Positions 1 through 10,799 of a DNA stretch of 64,000 bases are shown here, in pieces (within the stretch, counting starts at the first letter, position 1; each line of letters opens with the position of its first letter). A program made the translations under genes and the position numbers. Source of the DNA: Paraspadella gotoi. Taxonomy: Eukaryota > Animalia > Chaetognatha. Location of the stretch: the NCBI GenBank assembly GCA_051294375.1, contig CM119266.1, positions 19,169,657-19,233,656 of the forward strand, read 5' to 3'. The notes under the pieces are model-generated. The model saw nothing but the letters and a program-made list of their open reading frames with translations, did no database searches and was not told the DNA's origin.

Positions 1-3000
1 CACGCAACTGGCACGATTTGACAAGAGGCGTTCGATCCCCTCGGTCTTGGAACCGGTCCTCCTACGGAAGCGGCACCTCGCGATCCTCGCGCCTATTAGA
101 CGAAGTTGAAAGTCTGAGGTGAGACAAATTTACGTGAATTTTTTTTTTTGGAGGATCGATTAACAATGGATCTCCTCGTCGACAGAGGGTGGCGCGGCAG
201 CGTCGGTGAAGAGACCAGGTCCGAATCGCGCTCGGACCTAAATTGCGCTGAGAATTCTATTCCACCAATCACGTCGGAGGCTCCCGCTTCGGTGTCCGAT
301 TGCCCGATCAATCCCGTGTTCGGAATTCAGATGCGGAGAGAGTAAGTCGTGAAATGACAGGCAGTTGGAATCTTTTGAAATGGTACGATACTTATAATAG
401 TATTAATGAAGGTTGAAAAAAAAAGAATATAAATTATGAATAGCGTAGACGATGAATATTAATAGTAAATTGTAATAAATAAAAGATATTGTAAGATTCA
501 TCATAACCTATCATCTGATAAGCTGTTTACCGTTAACCGATCCTTGCCAGATCCGGCATTGATTGCTCAAACTTTTTTACAACTCTTTTCGCTTTTAAGC
601 TTTAAAAAATGAATCAGCAAAAAGTTTTGAATGCGTGGTGATCCAGCTCGATGTTTCATCAACCCAAACTTTAACCTCTCTCTCATCTCGTTTAATGAAC
701 AAATATTGTAGTTTTTTTTATCTCTGACAACGCAGCTACCTTGATGGCGAAGGTTGGGAAAAGGTATCGGTCTGCAGTCGATCTACTTTTGATGAGGTTG
801 GTCTGGCCAAACGACAATGCTTGTCTAATGTCTAATTGAGTGGAGCACTCAAGAACAAAAAAATTATTTGAATGATCGAACAAGGATATTTAGATGTGAG
901 ATAGTATGATTAACTAGTACAAAAAATATTTTGTTCATATTGTTTTGGGAACAGAATAGTAAAATATAATATATTTATAATAATATTCTTATAAAATAGT
1001 AAATTTTAAAAATAATTTTTTAAAAACTTTTAATAAAGATTCAGATTCTTTATAAAAAGTTGAATCAAAAATATAAAACATTCTGTCATCTTCAGCATTT
1101 AAAAAGGGGGGAAAAGGTGAAAATTTATGACTTTTAGTCATTTTTGTGATCCAAACATTAAAATATCATATATTTTATAAAAGTATTTTAAATTTTTAAT
1201 GGCGAATCCAAATCTGTTCTTAAAAATAAAAGAAAATATTTTAAAATTTAACGATTTTATAAGGATATTACTACATAAATAATTGAATTTATTATACAGT
1301 TATGCTAAAAAGATTTTTAAAAAGATTTAAAATTCATTAATTACATATCCATAGGCAGCAAAAAAATAAAGTTAAATAACTCAATCTTTTCATCACTCCA
1401 CCCTATTGGCCAATCCGTATTTAATTGTTGATTACTGTGACTCAAGAATCGTATTCCAGGTCGAAAGTCTCGATCTCGATGGTTCTCACGAATTGTCAAC
1501 CCAAGGCTTTTCCAGCAAATCCAGTTCTCATTCCAGTGAGAAAATTCATCATTAAAATCTCTAAAAACTACGAAATCAAGTTCCGAAAAAAAAAGGTAAT
1601 TTATTTCCAGGCAATCCCTCGTTCGGAGACGCTCGCGCCATCAAAACTAACGATGCCGATGGACGTCCTCTTGTCGAGAAAAGTAGCAGGTACTTTTTTC
1701 TTCAGAAAAACTTTTTTTCTCCGTTTTTATGCTATTTCATTCGTCGTTTTCCGACAGCGTTGCCGCGACGAAACGCAAATCTGGTGTCGTTCGAGCTCGA
1801 GCGCCGAGTCGCCTCCTCATTCGCGACGACGACGAAGACGACGACCACAACGGTGCTGACGTGCTTTACCCTTGTCTTTTGTTCACTTGTTCTTGATTCT
1901 AACCCGCGACCCTTTCCGCGAAAGATGCCCCCGTCATCGTGATCAGCAAAGACGCCAAACGCCAAGAATCCGAGGATAGTCTGAGCAGCACCGCAATCAG
2001 CGGCTCTAGCTCCGCGACGAGCGGATGCATCCTCCAAGAGTTGAGAATGAGGGAATATCAAAATCAAATGAGGATCGGTGGAAGGTGAAACAAGGACGGC
2101 GCTCGACGTTTTTTCGTCGAAAACTTACCCATGCCGTTTTTCAGGACATCCCTACCGCCTCTGGGCTCTCCTCAATCGAGGTCTCACCAACTTCTTTGTC
2201 CACTGATGTCGCCATCGATTTCACCTTCTGTTTCGCCGCCAGGGTCTTCGTCGAGGTATTGTTCTTAAATCGAATTGAGTAATCAATTTGTCAGGCTATA
2301 AATTAATTTACGAGAAAAGGTTCTTTGTCGATCTAGATTTAAACGTGCACAATTTATCGATCGGAATTACATTGTCATTGATATTGATTTTTCGGATTTA
2401 TTTAAAGAAACAGTACAAAAGATGTTCTCTTCAAGTTGGCAAATCAAGCAGAGACGAGCCTCCTATATTCTCAATATTCATTTGTTTAATAATATATATC
2501 TATTAAAGAACTAAAACAATCTCTACTACAGTCGAAAATAGATTTTATTTCTTTTATGGTTATTAAAGAAAGTGAGAGAGCAAAACTTATAAATGACAAC
2601 TCGTAAACAAAATATTGACAACTATTAATCTCATAAATTAGAATGCAATAGTCACAACTCACAGTTGTGTCCATGTCATCCAATTTAATGACATAAATAT
2701 GAAATTTGTACAACCAATATAATAATAACCAATACAATATATATTTTATAGTTAGATTACTACATAAATTGTGATTAATCCCGCTTGTTTTCAGATATTG
2801 CTCGGTTCCATTAGATTTTAATGCGTCTTCGGGAAGAAACTCGCCCGTTTTTTCAATTTCGGGTAAAAAGACCTGATTTGTCTGACCGCCCGTGACAAGT
2901 TAAAATCACAGTGATTTATCAAAACGTAGGTTCTACAGGAGGCGATCCACATGGGATTTATCCTTCCATGAACCTTTATCCCTTGAATTCCAGCATCGAT

Positions 3001-6000
3001 TCGGCTGATCAGCTATTTTCTATTTTTGGATTTAACGCGGATCTTCGATCACAAGTTCCTGCTAGGTTTCAATGGTCCCATCCCCTTTTTTGTGTTGTTT
3101 TTTCTGGTAAAACAAAAATATGGACGTGACAATCGAAATAAAACATTTATCTACCCAGATTCACAGAGGACCTGGCTAATAAAGTCTGTCAAATGCAAAT
3201 GGCGCAAAGTCAAGCTCAGTCATCTTTCTCCAACTTACTCATTCAAGATCGAGTAAATTGCGCTTTTGATCAGGTGAGTTTCGTTTTTTTACTCAGATAA
3301 ATTTGCAGTGTTTTGCTTATCTTAAATGTAAGAGGGATGGAGGCTTTAAAGTTAGGAGATAATTTGGAGATTGGTTGTACCAATTTCATGAACACCCTCG
3401 ACGACCTCAGGACTACTTGAGATCCGCGCCGCCCAAGTGCCGGTGCAGTCAATTCCTCCACAAGTCCCAAAAGTTGGCTAACGAGAAGCGAAAGAGAATT
3501 CAACGGGCGGCCACCATCCTCTGCTATCATCAAGACGGCGAGACCGAGCAATGCGAAGAGCCGTTTCCTGAGAAACAGGAACAGTACCGGGTGAAGCTTG
3601 AATAAAGTGTGCTTATTAGTTACTAGTTTTAATGTTGCGCTAATGATTCGATACATACTAACTTCCCCAGACCGAAGAAACGAATGCAACCTCCGACTCG
3701 CTCGATATTTCTAACTCCTCGACCCAGAAAAGCGAAAAATTTCACCAACCTTTAACGAGGCAACAAAGTTTGGAAAAGCTAAAAACGTTGCTCGACAGAG
3801 AGGTACTGCTATTTTTATTCCGGGTAAGTTAATCGTTATTGTCTGAAAAATAGCTAGTATCGTAGTTGTATATGTTACGCCAACTCGTCAAAGAAGCCGC
3901 CCGCTCTTAACAATCCAAAGCGAAAGGACTCGGGTTCGCGCCCTGCTGATTCACAATTAGGAGGGACGGGGTGTCTAACCCATTTGTACGTAGTTGTTCG
4001 GAACTTGGTGCGCTTTGGACGATGAACTGCCGAAACTTGTAGCGGAGAGCCCACATAATCACCGGGGCCCTTTGCCCAATATACACCAATCCCGATAATT
4101 ATAGTTGAATACTTATTTAGATATTAATTGACAGGCGAACAGTCAAGTAGTGTCACAAGCCGTGACAAGCGGCGGATCGTCGGCCGTTCGACATCGACGT
4201 CACAGAAGATTTCAGACTCTATCGAGACAAACTTCGCTTCCTTTGCATTTGGAGACGCTAAGCGAAGAAGATGAAAGCTCACCGGATGGTTGGTTTAGTC
4301 ATTTTATGGTTTGAGGATTTTATTATGTTCGTTAGTTTACAAATTAGGGAGTTTTTATTTTTTGACAAAACAACGATTTAATTTGTCAAAAATAAAGACT
4401 CTTTACTTTGAAAATTAATTCAGAAACACAATGAAAAAAAAGTGCGAGACAGTTCTGCACAAAAATTTCCTTTTATACTGCTGCGGAGGTATTGCCAACT
4501 CAAGTCACAATGGGGTGTTAAAAAGACAGTGTGGACTTAAGGGCAGACTGAAAAAAAAAATTTGTTGTTGGATTCACATGAAACCAGACTTCCTTCTTCG
4601 TGTCTTCTGCACTGATGAACTGACAGAAAGAACAATTGATTATTGATTAATGATTATTAGTTCTGTACTTATTTCAGTAAATAGAAAGGTCACCCATAAT
4701 CAGCCACGAATAAGTAATTGTTCGTTGTATATAAACTTTTTATACATATAAACGTAATCTAAACGTTTAAAAATTTAGTTTTGTTGAATATCTTCAGGGG
4801 TATACGTACATAAATACGTACAATTATAAATCAAATCTTGCAGGGGCTAAAAACTTGGCCATAACGAAAAGGCCTCCATGGGCGAAGTCCACTATCGCCG
4901 AGGAGGAGAACCCAACAGATCTTGGACCTTCAATAGATAGCGATTATCCTTCGGATGATTTCGTAAATTCTATCCGCGAAGATTATTCAAGACTCGAGTA
5001 AGCTTTCATCTAAACTTTTAAATTAAACTCAACAAAAAACAAAACAAAACTAAGATTGTTCTGTTTTTTTTTTCAGCTCAACTGTTTCCGAAGCATTAGA
5101 TCCTAACAAGTGCACCCTTACTGAAGAAAACACTACTGATCAAGGTTGTAATACATTAATTTACAATTATTAATGTTTTTCAAACATAAATTGCGGCGCA
5201 AAAAAAAGTAGTCAATCGATTGGTGGTGGTGGTATCCGCTAAATAAAAAAATAGTTTTAATCAAAATAAGTTTGGTTTTTATTTATTATAAAATATTTAT
5301 AATATAAAATTTACTGAGCAAATTCCGCAATTTGTAATTTGTAAGGACAGTTAACTACCATTTTAACCTATATCAAATTAAGCTAAGTGGGGAAACTATA
5401 TATATATAGAATAATTTTTTTTAAAAATAAATAAAACAATTGAAATTTCTTTTAAAATTCTGATTTTAAAGTAACGCTTTATTCTATTTCCTAAACTTTT
5501 TATGTACCAATCGATAGCTATTCCAAAAATTAAATTAAAAAAGAAATAGGGGTATAGTTAAAGCTAACAAGTGGCTCCTTTTATTGCGCCGCAGTGTAAA
5601 AATCTCAAATCCATATTATAACTGATATAATTTCAAAATAAACCCTTCAAGTTACAACGCCATTGACATTGGTCAAGCAAAGAAAAGAGATAGAATCGCC
5701 CTGTCATCATCAATCGGAGGCGGTCAAAACAATGACGGGATTTTTGCCCATGAAGAAATCAGCGCAGATGACACAATTAAGGTCGATAGTTATTCTGCTA
5801 TATTTTAATACAAATAGACGTTGAATTAAATTAAAAACAGCCAAGAAGAAGAAACAAAGAAGGACAAAAAGTTTCCGTATACACCTACTTACGATTATTC
5901 GCCTGTGACCGTGGATGGCAACGACAACGAAGATGACGATCAGAGCGACGATGGTGAGAAGTTTACCAGCAAAGACATGACAAAGAATATTTTTTGTTGG

Positions 6001-9000
6001 GTAATGTATTTATTATTTTTTGCTAATATTTTGATTCACTTAGAAGGATCAGTTTTTAAGGTAGTCCGAAAAATAGGAATAAATCTAATAATAAGAGGGG
6101 AGAAAAGAGAGAGAGAGTCCTTGATTATAATTATTAATCCAATTTTTGAGATTCATGATTCTGGTAGTGTGAATATTTTAATATTTATTGATTTATTACT
6201 TATTTTTTTATTTATTTATTTATTTGTATTTATAATAGATTTAATATATTGTAAAAAGTTTACATTTAAAACTGTTGTTCTTTTTTAAAAATTCCATCAT
6301 TAAGTTAAATTCCCCAAAAAGTAATATTTCATACTGAAAATTGAACTAAGTGATGATTTTTAAGTTTTTTACAGTGATTAATCAATTTTGTTATTTTATT
6401 TATAATTGTTTATCAATTGGTCAGGCGTCGGGGACGAAATTACCTCTTCGACGTTCCCATCTTCGATGCAAAATTTTGAAGAAGGAAAATCTTCGGGCGA
6501 GTTGTTGTTACTAGAGACATTTTTTTTATTTGCGTAGGTCGATTAGTTCCAAAGTTGCCACATCTTTGGGCCAAATCTGACAAACGGGGTTCATTCGAGA
6601 ACTTATTAAATATTTTGTTATTTTACTTTCTTCCCAAGCTTGGCTTCACTTACAAATTTTTTTACTGGCTTCGGAATAATCCTATCTATATAAAATTAGC
6701 AGCATTGCCTACCCGACAGAAGCGACGGCGGCGGAAGCGGAAATGGACGTCTTCTTGTCCTCAACGGAAATCGGATCCTCTAATTTGACTGCAGATCTCA
6801 GAAAAGAAAAGAACGTCCAAGTATTTATTAAATATTGTGAATAATTTTAACTAATTAATAATACTACTATCAAGCTATTTTGATTGAAGGAAGTATATCA
6901 AGAGAGGATTTATTTTTTGGTTTCTTTCACTACTACACTAATCTTAGGCAAATCGTGGTTGTTTATCTCCAATTATTTGCTTTGATGTGGACGATAATGA
7001 TGATCTTAATAAGTTCGTGGAAACGTTCAGCGAAAAAGAGCAACGACAGACTTTGGATATCATTTTACAACGTGAGAGAGTCTTTTGTTTTAACAGTTTT
7101 AATAGCTCTTCCAGGAGGCGTCCCGTGGCTCGGTTCCTGTTCTCAATGTTTTTTTGCAAAGTTATTATGAAATTGGTACAACCAATATAAAAATTATCCA
7201 TTCATTTAATAAATAAGCTATCTTGCCCCTGACTTTGGACAGGCTTTGGTGGTTTAAGGCCTCCATCACTCTTACAAGATAATGACATAGCAGGTCACTG
7301 CAAGCTTTCAATCAAGATTCTCTCAGTCTCGTTTATTCACTCCCAGAGTAAGTAGTAATCACGAAAGAATAAAGTCACTAGAATTAATGTGAATCGCTTT
7401 AGTAAATCAATTTACGAAATATTATTTACAATTCACCAAACGAGAACAAATAAGGGGAAGATAAAAATGAAAAAGAAGAAGAGATCGGGAGACAAAGTCA
7501 AGCAACTCCGTCCACATGAGACGGCAACTCAATCACGGGACTTCGGGAAGCGAGCAGGTCCCCGTTCTCGCGCTGAAGGCAAACAGAAAGTCTCTCAAAA
7601 AAGTGCTTAGACGTTTTGCCGATATCTAAGCCTGCATTCGTTGCTTGGAGTTTGGCGAAATCTTTTAAGTTTGAGAAAGCATCCAGGTCCCATGCCCCGA
7701 AGGTAGTAACAACCAGAGGGATGAAGCTAACGTCGGCCGGCAGTTTGCCTTCGTACTTAGCATGTTTGTAAAATATGTATAGCGCAGTAGCAGTTTAATT
7801 TAATCCCTTTTACATGTATCGGCGCAGCTACTGGTTTTAAAGTCTCTTCATTTTTTATTCTTCAGAACTGCAGGATAAAAGCATGAAGAATCCCGATAAA
7901 AGATTTGTTGATAATCTTCATAATTTCAGCGCGCAAGTATGAGTCGAACATGATACTCGTTGAAATTACATTTGTCAGTATCTTATTTTTCTTCAAGTCC
8001 AGATTGAAACAAATTCTATATCACCGATTTTGGGATTAACTTCTGGCTCAAGCATTTTATCGAACTGTATGGTCCAGCACGTTGCAGATAACCGACACAA
8101 AGAAATTCAGGTTAAATATTACTTCTTATTCACCGCGAAGGTGAACCCTTATCTTTCAAGTCTGTACCAGGAAACAGTGTTGAACGGTTTTTGATCCAAA
8201 CAGACAGACGCGACGGATGGAGAGAAAAATCCAGCAGGAATACCTGGATCTTCGAGCGAAGAACTACATCAACCCAATTGTTTTATCTGTCAGTCTATAG
8301 CCTACCATAATCGCTTTTGCTGCGGGTGGGACTCTGTCCCTCATTTTGGACAACCTGAGAACGACTCACTACCCACGAATGCTCGAGTATTGCACACGCA
8401 GACGCGAGCTAAAAGAAAATTTTACAATAACAGTAACTGTAAAGATCATGGCGAAGCGGCGCATCCGTTTTTAGAGTCCGTGGATGGAGAAACAAAAGCA
8501 AATCTTGATTCTAAATCTAAGAGTAAAAAAAACGTTCGAAGTGAAAACAGTACTTTGGCTCTGGATAACATTGAAACTGGAACACAAGATGACTTAGCGG
8601 CCAAATCAATTGTAAGGAGTTTTTTGTTGTTTTTTTATTTTTTTTATTTTAGTTTAGAATGTTTACATCCTGTTTACCATTTATATATTTTTTCGACCCC
8701 AGAATGGAGATTGTGAAGAAGAGACGTTTTCCGATTCGTTTTCTTCAAAACTTAAAAAGAGGTGAGCAAAAATGTCAATCGTGCTTACAGCTAACATTTT
8801 TTTATCTTTTGTCATACAGCAGACAATAAAATTCGACAATGACCAGGTTGACCGAAAGAGTTTCGCGAATCAACTCCGAGTATTTTGAATCTAAAAAATC
8901 CCGACGAATGAATGCATTTCTTCAACAAGAATTGAGCATGGATAATTCTTTCGTTGGTCAATCTCCTCGGCTAAATTTCCAAGAGGTAAATCTGGAGGCA

Positions 9001-9761
9001 CAGGCTAGAATCGGCGAGAGATGCAATTTAAAAATTTTAGCTGACGTCGTTTCGGATTACAGCCCAACACAGTGAGGTACATTTTAAATAATTGTTTTTT
9101 TTACCATTTGCAGGAAGACTCTATGAGCGATCAATCTCAGAATCTTTCAAAGACCCTCCCCTTTCCGGATTTGCTCTGCAGCGTCGGCCAGGATGATATC
9201 CAACCGTCGCAATTCCTGATTGTAAAAGGTCACGGAAACGATGGGAGCCTGCCTCTGCAATCCCAACTCGACATGAATAAGTCAGAATATTTTTCGAGTG
9301 ACAAAAGTTTGAAGTCAATATCCGACAAAGATTCTGAAGAAATCCTAGACTTTTCAACACCAATGATGCCAGAAGGGGACGTCGTGACGGCAGAAATTAG
9401 GAGAATGAGGTTGCAGTTGCAAAAAAGTGGAAATGAGGCTAAAAAGTACGATTTTGGAGACAATTCTCCTCAAGACACTCCCAGAACTTTATCTCCGGCA
9501 GCTCTTCCAGGAGGCGTCCCGTGGCTCGGTTCCTGTTCTAGTTTTTTTAACAAAAAAAATGATAACAAATTTAGCGAAAAGGAAAAGGAGGACAATGACA
9601 AAATTGGCGATAACTATCGGATCGACGTCGTTAGTAAAGTCGATGCAGCTATCGAGTTAGTGAATGGGTTGTTGAAGTGTTTGGAGGTTAAGGATCAAGA
9701 GAGAAAGAGTTGCCACTTCTTTGATAACACTGTCGACGAAGATAACGAAAATATTTTGTGA
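1..9761 (+). CDS. 5'-partial multi-exon gene; Ser/Asp/Glu-rich, probably disordered protein with a possible KRAP_IP3R_bind (ITPRID/SSFA2/olf186-M-like) motif
   Basis: GT-AG exons chained by hand with consistent phase and no stops: <1-118, 186-341, 736-796, 1460-1535, 1611-1689, 1758-1852, 1925-2084, 2145-2255, 2795-2862, 2930-3065, 3159-3273, 3411-3590, 3671-3802, 4135-4288, 4844-4997, 5077-5144, 5652-5781, 5841-5953, ~6425-6500 (uncertain), 6703-6820, 6948-7071, 7866-7936, 8003-8110, 8204-8611, 8703-8761, 8847-8985, 9041-9076, 9114-9761. Motif DSADQLFSIFGFNADLRSQVPAR|F spans 2998-3162. Confidence 0.75.
510..578 (+). mobile_element. HINE-family 3' end fragment
   Basis: CAGATCCGGCATTGATTGCTCAAACTT matches the family 3' terminus. 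Confidence 0.55.
3920..3985 (+). mobile_element. Fragment related to the tRNA-SINE
   Basis: AAAGGACTCGGGTTCG...GAGGGACGGGGTGTCTAACCC resembles the B-box and first body motif. Confidence 0.4.
5189..5596. mobile_element. Tc1/mariner-type MITE
   Basis: Imperfect TIRs (TGCGGCGCAAAAAAAAGTAGTCA / TGGCTCCTTTTATTGCGCCGCAGTG) flanked by TA on both sides. Confidence 0.6.
7166..7348 (+). repeat. Dispersed repeat family A (unclassified)
   Basis: TATGAAATTGGTACAACCAAT...GGTGGTTTAAGGCCTCCATC...AAGCTTTCAATCAAGA. Other copies at 40598-40792 (-), 63083-63235 (-), 21026-21275 (+, diverged), 3330-3389 (-, internally deleted). Confidence 0.8.
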
Positions 9762-10023
9762 CTATTTATTCTAAATAAACTACGATTGTCCCAAGTAAGA
9801 GAGTTATTTTAATTCCATGAAAATTGTATGTAGTTTTTATTAATGAGATACTTTAAAAAGATTAAATTATTTTTTGAATCCTTTTATAAAGAACTTTACA
9901 TGCAATAGTATCGCCCTTTTGGGAGTTCAAATGATTCGAACAAAGACGACGAGGACGACGACGAAAACGTCGACGAAGTCTTTGTACTGAGAGACCCGTT
10001 GTGATAATTAAAATGACCCGGTT

Positions 10024-10138
10024 TAGAACAAAGTTTGAAGAGAGATTTAACAACGATTTTTAAATCGTTGTTAAATCTCTCTTCAAACTTTGTTCTAAAT
10101 CAAATCACAACGAAACAGAAAGGAAAAAACACAATGAC
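10024..10138 (+). mobile_element. 5'-truncated copy of the hammerhead/PLE short element with a perfect fold-back
   Basis: Tail TCGTTGTT...TCAAACTTTGTTCTAAATC...CACAACGAAACAGAAAGGAAAAAACACAATGAC matches the tails at 32809-32886 (+) and 14154-14231 (-). 38-bp perfect inverted repeat. Flanking 12-bp direct repeat AATGACCCGGTT (10012-10023, 10133-10144). Confidence 0.7.
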
Positions 10139-10799
10139 CCGGTTATATCCGACCATGAATGTCCTTGTGATGCTGACCTTTTCAGCCTTTGTAAATACGT
10201 AGTTGTTGTTGTTGTTGTTGTGATATTTACCGTTTTTGGTAATAACATACACTAATTCTTCTCTCAAAAAATACGCCTCGAATTTTTCTCCAAATTCTTG
10301 TTTTCGAGTAACCGTATTTGGTGTTACCCGACGCTTCTTTTGAACATTTTTGTCCTTGTTGACGTCATTTTTAGTTGTATTTACGATAATAAAACTTATC
10401 ATTTACGAATTTGATTATTAGTACTGAAAACTACGCTTTCTGGATAAGTTTTCTACTAACTTCGTGCTGTTCTTTTGTTTGCAGATAATTTTCGATACCC
10501 TGGCTTTAATTATGGTTGCTAACGTAACAAAAGACGTTTTGACTTTTGAGTTATTTCCCAGAAATCTAGAAATTGTAGGAATCTTATTTCTTAATTTACG
10601 TTTCTTTTTCTTTCGCATTGTTTCGACATATATTCTGGTAGGTTACTTGCAGATTTTAACCAATATTAAATTTTCAAGGACCGACGCTATTTGTGCATTA
10701 AAAAACGTTGCGCAATTATTACGAAATTTATTTTTGATCACGAACAACAAGCTCTAAACCATTTAATTTTCTGTGAACTCGACATCCAAACGAATAAAA

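Noticed and set aside
4008-4045. GACGATG...CCGAAACTTGTAGCG degenerate hammerhead after the SINE fragment
   Set aside because: CUGA is missing and there is no stem II; at best a decayed relic.
4610-4632. CTGATGA...GAAA hammerhead-like spacing
   Set aside because: Stem II cannot close and there is no stem III or cleavage site.
6497-6537. Second GC-AG intron in gene 1
   Set aside because: Using it leads to a stop in the following exons in the phases tested; unresolved.
8171-8203. In-frame TGA suggesting readthrough or selenocysteine
   Set aside because: A downstream acceptor (CAG at 8201-8203) removes it; the TGA near 1895 is likewise intronic.
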